DNA from: Chloroflexota bacterium
Lineage (GTDB): Bacteria; Chloroflexota; UBA11872; VXNJ01
Direction of reading: 5' to 3'
NCBI GenBank assembly: GCA_965263025.1
Contig: OZ253578.1
Location: forward strand, 2,943,300 to 3,007,299
Length of the DNA: 64,000 bases
The stretch's first letter is position 1. Each line of letters opens with the position of its first letter. Positions 1 to 8,690 of the stretch are shown here, piece after piece. The notes beneath the pieces were generated by a model. It did not search any database. It had not been told where the DNA came from and saw nothing but the letters and a program-made list of their open reading frames with translations. A program made the position numbers and the translations under genes.

Positions 1-84
1 ATCGACGAGGCGTCCGACAGCGAGCGGCTCGACGCGGCGCGCTCGTACGTTAAATCGATGGCGAGGGCCGCTCGCGGCAAATGA
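1..84 (+). CDS. 3' end of an unidentified gene (partial, enters from the left window edge)
   Basis: Frame 1 is open from base 1 to the TGA at 82-84. This stop overlaps the ATG of the next gene (ATGA coupling). Only 27 codons are visible, so no family call is possible. Confidence 0.3.
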   Translation: MDEASDSERLDAARSYVKSMARAARGK

Positions 85-962
85 AGACCGCGCTCGCGCT
101 GACAGGCGTGGCGGTCATCGGCTACGCGGCGATCGCCGTCCGCTCCGCGCTCAATTTGATAACTCCGAAACGAGAGCACAAGCCCGAGGGGTACCGGCCG
201 CCGGAGATTCCCTTCGAGCGGATCAGCTTTCAAAACCGTGCCGGACTCCGGCTAGCCGGCTGGACGGCCATCCGCGAGCGGGCGAAGGGGACGGTTGTCT
301 TCTGCCACGGCGCGTGGACCAACCATCGCGAGATGGAGTCGCGGGCGGAATCGTTGTGGAACCGCGGCTTTTCGATTATGACGTTTGATTTTCAGGGCTG
401 CGGCGAGAGCGAGGGGCGGCATACGAGCCTGGGTCTTCGAGAGGTCGGCGATCTGGCGGCGGCGATCGACCATCTTGCCGCCGTGGGCGATCCCGGCCCG
501 GTGGGAGTGGTGGGCAATTCGATGGGCGGCGCCGTGGCAATTCTGGCGGCGGCGCGCGACGAACGCATAAAGGCTGTCGTGACCGACGGCGCTTTCGCGG
601 CGGCGGGGAGAGACTTCGTGGCATACGCTTTCCACGGCGTGTCCGGCCTTTCGTCCGCATTTTTTCAGGATGCGGTGGTGATGGCAAGCGAGTTGATTTC
701 GGGCGCGCGGCTCGATCGAATCAGACCGGTCGCATCAATCGGGCTGATCTCGCCGCGGCCGGTGATGTTGATTCACGGCGACGACGACGGGCTGGTGCGG
801 GTAGCCGAAGCCCGCCAGCTCCATGCAGCCGCGAGCGAGCCGAAGACGCTATGGATCGTCCCCGACTGCGGGCACGTCCAGTCGTTCCATCTCCATCGGG
901 AGGATTACGTGCGGCGGGTGGAGGAGTTATTTATGAAGGCGTTCGCAGCAGGCGCCGGCTAA
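81..962 (+). CDS. alpha/beta-fold hydrolase with an N-terminal membrane anchor
   Basis: 293-aa ORF with a hydrophobic N-terminus. It has the GNSMGG nucleophile elbow (GxSxG), and a late Asp and His (HGDDDG, PDCGH) typical of the alpha/beta hydrolase triad. Confidence 0.75.
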   Translation: MKTALALTGVAVIGYAAIAVRSALNLITPKREHKPEGYRPPEIPFERISFQNRAGLRLAGWTAIRERAKGTVVFCHGAWTNHREMESRAESLWNRGFSIMTFDFQGCGESEGRHTSLGLREVGDLAAAIDHLAAVGDPGPVGVVGNSMGGAVAILAAARDERIKAVVTDGAFAAAGRDFVAYAFHGVSGLSSAFFQDAVVMASELISGARLDRIRPVASIGLISPRPVMLIHGDDDGLVRVAEARQLHAAASEPKTLWIVPDCGHVQSFHLHREDYVRRVEELFMKAFAAGAG

Positions 963-1107
963 ACCGAATCCGGCAGCTTGTCGACCAGCTCGCGCCCCGG
1001 ACGGGATGCAGGCTGGAGAGAGATTTGGCCCAGTCGCTCAGCGGCTAGAGGCGTGTTCGGCGGATGCCCTTGTTAGTCTCCGGGTTTTGCGCAGGCGTTC
1101 GCAAGTC

Positions 1108-1824
1108 CTAGCCTGCCGCCGAAGATGGACAGAGGTCGCTGAGGGAGCAGCGGTCGCAGGCGGGTTTGCGAGCATCGCATACGCGCCGTCCGTGCCAGAT
1201 CAGAGAGTGTCCCGCGAAGATCCACTCCTCTTTGGAAAGCAGGCCCATCAAGTCCCGTTCGATCTTTTCCGGCGTACTCTGACGGCTCAGGTCGAGCCTG
1301 TGGCTTAGCCGGTTGACGTGCGTATCCACGGTTATTCCCGACGGGATGCCGAAGGCCGTGCCAAGGACTACGTTGGCCGTCTTGCGGGCGACGCCGCGCA
1401 GCGTAAGGAGGTCATCCATGTTCGCAGGCATTTCGCCGCCGAAGGTTTCGACGACGGCGGCGGCGGCTTCGCGGATCGCGCGCGCCTTGTTTCGATAGAA
1501 GCCGGTCCGCCGCACCATCTCCTCCATGTCCTCTTGCGAGGCCTGGGCCATCGACTCGATGGTCGGGTAGCGAGCGAAGAGCGCGGGAGTCTCTTTGTTG
1601 ACTCGCACGTCGGTGCTCTGGGCGGAGAGGATGGTTGCGACGAGAAGCTCCCAGGGGGTCGAGTAATTCAGCTCGCAGTCGGCGTCGGGATACTCGTCGC
1701 GAAGGCGGGCGACGATCTCTTTCGCGCGCTCGCGGCGCCTGGCCTTACTTTCCCGCCACCTGCGAATCTCGAATGATTTCTTTTTAGCCCTGGCCGATGC
1801 CTTGCCGGTTTTCGATGCGGCCAT
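1108..1824 (-). CDS. nth: endonuclease III (DNA-(apurinic/apyrimidinic site) lyase)
   Basis: The C-terminal 238 codons of the 506-aa ORF show the HhH-GPD region (LTLRGVARKTANVVLG) and the C-x6-C-x2-C-x5-C iron-sulfur loop (CDARKPACDRCSLSDLC). I moved the start to the ATG at 1824. The upstream extension is antisense to the SMP-30 gene and not protein-like. Confidence 0.85.
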   Translation of the reverse strand: MAASKTGKASARAKKKSFEIRRWRESKARRRERAKEIVARLRDEYPDADCELNYSTPWELLVATILSAQSTDVRVNKETPALFARYPTIESMAQASQEDMEEMVRRTGFYRNKARAIREAAAAVVETFGGEMPANMDDLLTLRGVARKTANVVLGTAFGIPSGITVDTHVNRLSHRLDLSRQSTPEKIERDLMGLLSKEEWIFAGHSLIWHGRRVCDARKPACDRCSLSDLCPSSAAG

Positions 1825-2028
1825 TCTCACCTCCGCGGAGCCGCGGCTCGCACGCACGCGCGCGCCGCTACAGCTTAACCACGGGCGGCACTGGGGGGAG
1901 ACTGGAAACCTCCGAATCGCACGGGGGCGGTCGAAATGACGAGCTGCGGCGTCGACCATAGGTCGACGCCGCGCGATGTGCAATCCTATTGACTCCACAC
2001 ACGCAAGGTTTGACCAGAGGAGGCCGAC

Positions 2029-2895
2029 TTGGCTTGGGATTTCGAGGTTGTGGCGGGGCCATACACGTTCACCGAGGGACCGGTATGGACCGGCGAGGCC
2101 GTCTTGTTTACCGACATGTACAACCACCGCGTGATGCGTTATGACCCCGGGACGGGCAAAACGACTGTCTACCGCACGGGCACGAATCAGGGCAACGGCC
2201 TGATGTGGAGTCTGCGGGGAAGTCTGTATTGCTGCGAGATGATCGGACGGCGCGTATCGAGCTACGGGGCCGAAGGCTCGGTTGAAGTGATCGCCGATCG
2301 ATTCGCGGGCAAGCGACTCAACAGTCCCAACGACGTCGTGATGGACTCGCTGGGCCGCGTCTGGTTCACAGATCCCCGTTACGGCGAGGACAGGGACGAC
2401 ATGGAGCTCGATCACGAGTCGGTGTATCGCGTGACGCGCGCGCCCAACGGCCAGTGGGAAATCGAGCGGCTGACGTTCGATACGACGCGCCCAAACGGGC
2501 TGCTCCTGTCGCTGGACGAAAAGACGCTGTACGTCGCGCAGAGCGACTACGGAGAAGGACGCAAGCGCGAGCTCCGCGCCTATCCGGTTCTCGACGACGG
2601 CACGCTGGGACAATTCCGGGTAGTACACAACTTCGCGCCGGCGCGTGGAATCGATGGCATGACGCTCGACAGCGAAGGCCGCGTAATCGCCACGGCCGGC
2701 TGGAGAAAAAGCGGCGCGGGGCCGATGCTCTACGTTTTCGAACCGTCAGGCCGGGTGCTCGAAACGCACCGGGTGCCGGTTGACATGCCGACCAACTGCT
2801 GCTTCGGCGGCGAAGACTTGTCGGACTTATACGTGACGGCTAGCTCGGGGCATCTCTTCAGGGTGAGGACCGGTCTCACGGGCGTTCGGAGGTAA
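2029..2895 (+). CDS. SMP-30/gluconolactonase/LRE-family lactonase
   Basis: 288 aa with a TTG start preceded by AGAGGAGG. Repeated beta-propeller motifs (EGPVW, NSPNDVV, WFTDP, PNGL, IDGMTLD) are typical of SMP-30/gluconolactonase proteins. Confidence 0.8.
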   Translation: MAWDFEVVAGPYTFTEGPVWTGEAVLFTDMYNHRVMRYDPGTGKTTVYRTGTNQGNGLMWSLRGSLYCCEMIGRRVSSYGAEGSVEVIADRFAGKRLNSPNDVVMDSLGRVWFTDPRYGEDRDDMELDHESVYRVTRAPNGQWEIERLTFDTTRPNGLLLSLDEKTLYVAQSDYGEGRKRELRAYPVLDDGTLGQFRVVHNFAPARGIDGMTLDSEGRVIATAGWRKSGAGPMLYVFEPSGRVLETHRVPVDMPTNCCFGGEDLSDLYVTASSGHLFRVRTGLTGVRR

Positions 2896-2917
2896 TTCGA
2901 CCAGGCCCGCCCCTTTC

Positions 2918-3020
2918 GCCCTTCGATCCTTCGGCAGGCTCAGCAGCGCCCTTGTCGAAGGACTTGCCTGTGCCCCCTCACCCTATCCCTCTCCCTCGCA
3001 GGGGAGAGGGGACAGAATGG
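2918..3020. repeat. dispersed intergenic repeat unit ending in a 9-bp-stem palindrome
   Basis: About 100 bp, nearly identical to 5013-5130. The core is CCCTCTCCC (2987-2995) / loop TCGCAG / GGGAGAGGG (3002-3010). It lies between two convergent genes. Confidence 0.85.
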
Positions 3021-3074
3021 TACAGACGGATGACGCAGGCATGAGTCCCGCGCCGGCGGAAACGGCGGCTTTGG

Positions 3075-4238
3075 CTAGTCGAATACCGCGCCGCCGACCT
3101 GGTTCTTCTTGATGAAGTCCCAGTTGATCTGCGCTCCGAGACCCGCTCCGCGGGGCACGTAGACGCAACCGTTGGCGTCGACCGAATCGAGGTTGTCGGA
3201 GTAGTCGAGATAAATCTCGCCGGTGTGAGCCGGCGCCTTGGGATGCACCAGCCCGAGCTCGTAGTAGTTGGTGTTGCGCATCGACGCCATGAGATGCCGG
3301 TGGACCGGGCCGGGGCCGTGGATCTCGCCGTCAAGTCCGAAGCCTTCGGCGGCGTGCGCGATCTTGAGCGCGCCGGTTAGCCCGCCGTCGATGTAGGCGT
3401 CGACGCGCACGAAATCGGTTCCGCCCGCGACGATGACGTCGACGTGCTCTTCCAATCCGCGGATGTGCTCGGTAATGAGCAGGGGCGTTTTGATGGACTC
3501 GCGCAGCTTGCGATGAGCAAACGACGATACTCCGCCGTCTTTGAAAGGGTCCTCGTACCAGAAGTAGTTGGCCTCGTCGAGCGCGCGTCCAACTTGCAGG
3601 GCCTGACCAAAGGTTTCGTACTCGCAGGCCGGGTCGAGCATCAGGTCCATGTCGTCGCCGACCGCCTTGCGAATGGCGAGCACGTTCTCGATCTCCTGCT
3701 TGGTGACGGGGTCGCCCCACGGGTGGCACTTAAACGCGGGATAGCCCATGTCCCGGCATTGAACGGCGAAATCGGCGAACGCCTGGGGGCTGTCCAGGCC
3801 GCCGTTGCGGTCGCCGTGGTAGGTGCTCGCGTAGCAGGGCAGCGGCTTGTCGCTGCCGCCGAGCAGCTTATAGAGCGGCGCGTCGTAGAACTTGCCGGCG
3901 ATGTCCCACAGGGCGATGTCGACAGGTCCCAGGCCCGTCCTGTCGGTCTGACGAAGCGCGCGCTTGACGTCGTTGTAGATTTTTTCGCGTTCTAGCGCGT
4001 CTTTGCCCAACAGGTAGTGGGAAAAACCGGCGATCTGCGCGAACGACGAAGCTGTTCCCGCAACGCATTCGCCGCGCAGTCCGCCGCGCGTGCCGATCGC
4101 CAGCGCATGACGTTTTAGCTTGAGCGTTTCGCCGGGGCTGTAGACGAAGTTGAAGCCGTTGTAATCGGTCCCCATGTCCTTGAGTTCGACCGTAAATTCG
4201 AAGGTCTCGATGTGGGAGATCGTGGTGTCGTCGCTCAT
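3075..4238 (-). CDS. enolase-superfamily enzyme (mandelate racemase/muconate lactonizing family, probable sugar-acid dehydratase)
   Basis: 387 aa. The N-terminal capping domain plus barrel layout and strings such as DIALWDIAGK...PLYKLLGG are characteristic of MR/MLE-family proteins. Substrate is not assignable. Confidence 0.75.
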   Translation of the reverse strand: MSDDTTISHIETFEFTVELKDMGTDYNGFNFVYSPGETLKLKRHALAIGTRGGLRGECVAGTASSFAQIAGFSHYLLGKDALEREKIYNDVKRALRQTDRTGLGPVDIALWDIAGKFYDAPLYKLLGGSDKPLPCYASTYHGDRNGGLDSPQAFADFAVQCRDMGYPAFKCHPWGDPVTKQEIENVLAIRKAVGDDMDLMLDPACEYETFGQALQVGRALDEANYFWYEDPFKDGGVSSFAHRKLRESIKTPLLITEHIRGLEEHVDVIVAGGTDFVRVDAYIDGGLTGALKIAHAAEGFGLDGEIHGPGPVHRHLMASMRNTNYYELGLVHPKAPAHTGEIYLDYSDNLDSVDANGCVYVPRGAGLGAQINWDFIKKNQVGGAVFD

Positions 4239-4470
4239 GGCTTCCTCTCTTCGAAGTCGGGTCGGACTAGTCGCGGCGGGAGTTCCGACCGCCTCTCCGA
4301 TACGCGCAGTTGGGGTTGTGAGAGACTAAACGACTCGCTGAAATCGCGCGACCGCCGTTGGCTTGAAGGCGGAGTCGCGGCGATTGCGCGGGTTTGCTAA
4401 ACGTCTTCGCGGGTCGGTATGTTTGACACGTCGGATTTGACCGCTCGCGCGCGGATCATCAGGAGGCAAA

Positions 4471-4962
4471 TTGGCAGGGTATTACCAGTGGCGAACCCCA
4501 GAGGGCCGGCGGCTGACGATCGAGGAGGTGCGTGGGCATCTGCTCGTCTGCAACGGCTGCTGATGCGGCTCGGGCGCAACGCTGTTTCGCCCGCCAGTCC
4601 TCGTCGAGGACTACGAAGCCGGCATGGAAGAACGCCAGATCGATGAAAAAGTAGACCTGACCATCACCGACGATTCGGGCGACGGTTGCCTCGGCTTGTG
4701 CACTCCGTCGAACGTTGCCCTACTGGTCCTGCAGGGCAAGAGTCTCTGGTTCGGCCGGATGAACACGCGGCGGAGTATAAGCCTGCTTCTGGACTATCTG
4801 GCCGAAGTCGCCGATGACGAAGATCCGCCGCTTCCGGAAGGTGAGCTCGCCAAGCACGCATTCACCAGAATGCGGGGCGAAATGATGCCGATCGAGGACG
4901 TGCTAAAGCCCGGCCGCGACACGCGCCTGCCAAGACCGGGAACCTTGATTTCGCCCGAATAA
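4471..4962 (+). CDS. thioredoxin-like [2Fe-2S] ferredoxin-family protein with one in-frame TGA (candidate selenoprotein, alternatively a pseudogene)
   Basis: A TTG at 4471 lies 4 nt after AGGAGG (4461-4466). The frame is continuous to 4962 except for the TGA at 4561-4563, which sits inside C-N-G-C-TGA-C-G. Downstream are GCLGLC (C-x3-C) and a hydrophobic strand with LWFG. The ORF track shows only the part from 4624. Confidence 0.5.
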
Positions 4963-5007
4963 CCGGACTACGACCGCCCGCCCAAACCAGCCGCGTTAGC
5001 CGCTATT

Positions 5008-5545
5008 GAAGCGACCGTTCGCAGGCCGGCCTTCGGCTCTTGGGCAAGCTCAGCAGTGCCGTTATCGAAGGGCTCGCCTGTGCCCCTCACCCTATCCCTC
5101 TCCCTCGCAGGGGAGAGGGGACAGAATGGACGTCGACCAGCGTGCGCCGAAGAATGCCTATCCCTCTCCCTCACAGGGGAGAGGGGACGGAATGACGGCG
5201 TCCCTCCGCTCCCTCGCCCGTCAAGCGAGAAGGGGGCGGAGGTCCGTTGGCAAGCTTGCGCTGAGCAAAGTCCAAGCGTTCAGAACCAACGGGAAACAGG
5301 CTCAAGACGAACAGGAGGCGGACTTGAATTACTCAGGGTCTGAAGCGACTGTTCGCAGGCCGGCCTTCGGCCCTTTGGCAGGATCAGGACAGGCAAGCTC
5401 AGGACGAAGAGGAAAGAGGATCTGTGGCGCGTGGTCGTAGATTCTTCGCTGGCGCTCAGAATGACAGGAGAGAATCTCCGTCCACGGAATCCCGGCTTCG
5501 ACAGCCCAACGGCAGATTCCTCGGGGGACCTCGGAATGACACATG
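5008..5545. repeat. cluster of short dispersed repeat modules (non-coding)
   Basis: Modules in this cluster:
- 5008-5130 repeats 2918-3020.
- A second palindrome copy lies at 5162-5185.
- The GAAGCGAC(C/T)GTTCGCAGGCCGGCCTTCGGC module occurs at 5008-5037 and 5342-5371.
- 5436-5468 matches 18941-18973.
- 5514-5541 matches 49475-49502.
The ORFs called here are repeat translations. Confidence 0.85.
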
Positions 5546-5640
5546 CGCCACGGGGAACCGAGGGCTAACGTCTCAAACAGAGACTGCCGTTGAAAGGCTA
5601 CCGTCTAAGCCGAGACTGCCGCTGGAGGGCTGGCGGACCG

Positions 5641-7248
5641 CTAGGAAGGTCTAGGCCCTACGCGCTCCAGGCCCGCCGCCGCTCCCGACGAGAACTGCTT
5701 GAAATTGTCGACGAAGGCCTGCGCCAGCTCCGCGGCTTTGCGGTCGTAGGCGTCGGTGTCGTCCCAGGTCGAACGCGGCCTGAGAAGGCTTTGGTCCACG
5801 TCGGGGCAAGTCTTCGGGACCTGAAGCCCAAAGTGCGGCTCCTCCTCGAATTCCACGGCGCTAAGCTGCCCGTCGAGGGCGGCCTTGACCATGGCGCGGG
5901 TGTCTCGAATGGGCATACGGCTTCCCGTTCCGTAAGGGCCGCCGGACCAGCCGGTGTTTACGAGCCAAACGTCAGGGCGGTGTTTGCGCAGCCGCTCGCC
6001 GAGCAGATCGGCGTATTCCGACGGCGGGCGCGGCAGGAAGGGCGCACCGAAGCATGAACTGAACGTGGCCTCCGGCTCGATTATCCCCACTTCGGTGCCG
6101 GCCAGCTTGGACGTGTAGCCGGAGAGGAAGTAGTACATCGCCTGCTCGTGCGAGAGTCGCGCGATAGGCGGAAGCACGCCGAAGGCGTCGGCGGTGAGCA
6201 GCAGGATGTTTTGCGGATGACCGGTTACGCCGCTGGGATCGGAATTCGGTATGTAGCTGACGGGATACGCTCCGCGGGTGTTCTCGGTGATGCTGTCGTC
6301 GTCGAGGTCCAGGGCGCGCAGGTTCTCGTCGTAGACGACGTTCTCGAGCACTGTTCCGAACATCCGCGACGTAGCGAAAATCTCCGGCTCGGCGGTGGGT
6401 GAAAGGGCGATCATCTTGGCGTAGCAGCCGCCCTCGACGTTGAATATTCCGTTGTCGCTCCAGCCGTGCTCGTCGTCGCCAATGAGCGTGCGCGACGTGT
6501 CGGCGGAAAGGCTGGTCTTGCCGGTCCCGGAGAGTCCGAAGAATAGGGCTACGTCATTGTCCGGCCCGTAGTTGGCCGAGCAGTGCATCGAAAGCACGCC
6601 GCGCGCGGGCAGAACGTAGTTCATGACGGTGAAGATCGACTTCTTGGTCTCACCGGCGTAGCCAGTTCCCCCGATTAGCACGATGCGCTTGCCGAAGTGG
6701 AGCAGAATGAACGCGTCGGAGTTTGTGTTGTGACGCCGCGGCTCGGCCTTGAATCCCGGCGCGTGGATGACCGTGAAGTTGTCGAACACGTCGCCGCCAG
6801 CGCCGTTTCCATACTGGTCGAGAAACAGATGCCTGACGAACATGGCGTTCCAGGCGCGCTCGGTCACGACGCGCACGCCGATCCGGTTGTCGGCGTCAGC
6901 GCCTGCGTGAAGGTCCTGCACGAAGAGGTCGCGTTCGCCAAGGTAGGCTCCGACCTCGTCCAGAAGGCGATCGAAATCCGCGGGTTCGAACGACCGGTTT
7001 ACGCTGCCCCACCAGATCGAGTCCTGGCTCTCGGGTTCGCGGACGACGAATTTGTCGTTGGGAGAGCGCCCGGTATGCTTGCCCGTCTCGACGACGAACG
7101 GCCCCTGATCGGCCACGATTCCCTCGCCTCGTTTGACGGCTTGCTCGTAGAGGACCGCTATGGAGGAGTTCCAGTAAACGGACTTCGAATTCTGTATCCC
7201 GATCGAACTCAGCTCGCCCGCCGCGAGGACATTGCCGTCCAAACTCAT
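5641..7248 (-). CDS. pckA: phosphoenolpyruvate carboxykinase (ATP)
   Basis: 535 aa with the kinase P-loop GLSGTGKTSLS. Length and conserved blocks are typical of ATP-dependent PEPCK. Confidence 0.9.
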   Translation of the reverse strand: MSLDGNVLAAGELSSIGIQNSKSVYWNSSIAVLYEQAVKRGEGIVADQGPFVVETGKHTGRSPNDKFVVREPESQDSIWWGSVNRSFEPADFDRLLDEVGAYLGERDLFVQDLHAGADADNRIGVRVVTERAWNAMFVRHLFLDQYGNGAGGDVFDNFTVIHAPGFKAEPRRHNTNSDAFILLHFGKRIVLIGGTGYAGETKKSIFTVMNYVLPARGVLSMHCSANYGPDNDVALFFGLSGTGKTSLSADTSRTLIGDDEHGWSDNGIFNVEGGCYAKMIALSPTAEPEIFATSRMFGTVLENVVYDENLRALDLDDDSITENTRGAYPVSYIPNSDPSGVTGHPQNILLLTADAFGVLPPIARLSHEQAMYYFLSGYTSKLAGTEVGIIEPEATFSSCFGAPFLPRPPSEYADLLGERLRKHRPDVWLVNTGWSGGPYGTGSRMPIRDTRAMVKAALDGQLSAVEFEEEPHFGLQVPKTCPDVDQSLLRPRSTWDDTDAYDRKAAELAQAFVDNFKQFSSGAAAGLERVGPRPS

Positions 7249-7464
7249 TCATCCGCCTTTCGGTCTCGAACGTATCGACAAAACGGTGTTCCGTCGACGC
7301 CCGGCTAGCTTACGTTGCAAACAAGGGTAGCATCAGGAATCACGATCAAAATGAGAGAATGAACCGTCGCCCGCGAATCGAGCCGCATCACGTTCGACGA
7401 GGTCCCGGCTCCCGGCGCGTTGCGAATCGACCTGGCGAGGAAAAGGCGAGCGGATCTGGTTTGA

Positions 7465-8610
7465 ATGGATAGTTTGATCGAATCTATTCACAACTCGTCT
7501 GGACAGCTCGTGATCGCGGTTGCGGGAGGCGGGACGGGCGCTATCGCGGCGTTAGCGCGCGCGCCGGGCGCTTCGCGGACGTTGCTTCAGGCCGTCGTTC
7601 CGTACTCGAAGGAGTCGATGCGCGCGTACTTGGGTTTCGAACCGCGGTCGCTTTGCTCAAAAGAGACGGCCGCGGACATGGCCCGACGGGCGCGAGATTT
7701 GGGCATATCCCAATTTCCCGGGCTGGCCGTGACGCTCGTGGGCGTTGGAGTAACAGCGGCGCTCAGGACCGACCGGCCAAGAAGGGGCCGGAACAGGTGC
7801 TTCGCGTCAATCGTCGGTGCGTCGGTTGACATAAACCGCGAGATCGATCTGCGCAAGGACTCGCGGAGCCGCATGGATGAAGAAATTCTGGTGGACGGTC
7901 TTGTTCTCAACTGCATAGCCGAGGCGTTCGCGGTCGGCGGCCGGATCGAGCTTGGCCTGTTGCCGGGCGAACGCGTTCAAGATTCCGTCCTCGAAGCGGC
8001 GTACTGGCACAAACGGCTCACCCACTCGCGCATCGCCTCGTTTTGCCAGGACGAGCGGGGCCGGCTGAGCGAAGGGCTGGTATCGGCCGGGGCGGTGCTG
8101 CCCGGATCGTTCGACCCGCTGCACCACGGGCACGTCGAGCTGGCGCGCGCGGCGGCGGACATATTGAACACCGAAGTCGCGTTCGAGCTGTCGGTAACTA
8201 ACGTGGACAAGCCCGTGGTCGGCATCGCCGAGCTGGAGCGGCGGCTCGCGCAGTTCACCGGCGTGGGCGACGTAGTGGTGACCAGCGCGTCGACGTTTGT
8301 CGAGAAGGCGCGGATATTGCCGGGGCGGGTTTTTGTCATAGGGGCCGATACGGCGGCGCGGGTCGTCGACCGCAAATACCACGGAGGAAGCGAGCGCGAG
8401 ATGCTCGCGGCGCTCGAGGAAATGTCGCTGGCGGGATGCCGCTTTCTCGTGGCGGGCAGATCCGGGGGGCCGGGCGTATTTGCAAGCCTCGCGGACGTGG
8501 AGATACCGATCGAATACCGGCGCATGTTCGAGGCCATACCGGAGAGTCGCTATCGAGTCGATATTTCTTCGAGCGAGCTGCGCGAACGCGCCGGGCGGAC
8601 AGACTCGTAA
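7465..8610 (+). CDS. two-domain protein: N-terminal CinA/PncC-like domain plus C-terminal cytidylyltransferase-like (HxGH) nucleotidyltransferase domain
   Basis: 381 aa. The C-terminal half has GSFDPLHHGH (the H-x-G-H motif of the NMNAT/cytidylyltransferase superfamily). The N-terminal half (AVAGGGTGA...) resembles competence-damage/amidase-type domains. The function is inferred only. Confidence 0.5.
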   Translation: MDSLIESIHNSSGQLVIAVAGGGTGAIAALARAPGASRTLLQAVVPYSKESMRAYLGFEPRSLCSKETAADMARRARDLGISQFPGLAVTLVGVGVTAALRTDRPRRGRNRCFASIVGASVDINREIDLRKDSRSRMDEEILVDGLVLNCIAEAFAVGGRIELGLLPGERVQDSVLEAAYWHKRLTHSRIASFCQDERGRLSEGLVSAGAVLPGSFDPLHHGHVELARAAADILNTEVAFELSVTNVDKPVVGIAELERRLAQFTGVGDVVVTSASTFVEKARILPGRVFVIGADTAARVVDRKYHGGSEREMLAALEEMSLAGCRFLVAGRSGGPGVFASLADVEIPIEYRRMFEAIPESRYRVDISSSELRERAGRTDS

Positions 8611-8690
8611 AACCGTATTCCGCGCGGCGCTTCCGGCTATCCTCCAGCGCGTCCGGCGGCGTCTACCGGCAAGGGTTGATCGCCGGATGC

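Noticed and set aside
1825-2628. The N-terminal 268 codons of the 506-aa ORF that contains endonuclease III.
   Set aside because: - The sequence is Arg/Ala/Pro-rich and not protein-like.
- It is antisense to the well-supported SMP-30/gluconolactonase gene (2029-2895).
- The Nth homology starts only after the ATG at 1824.
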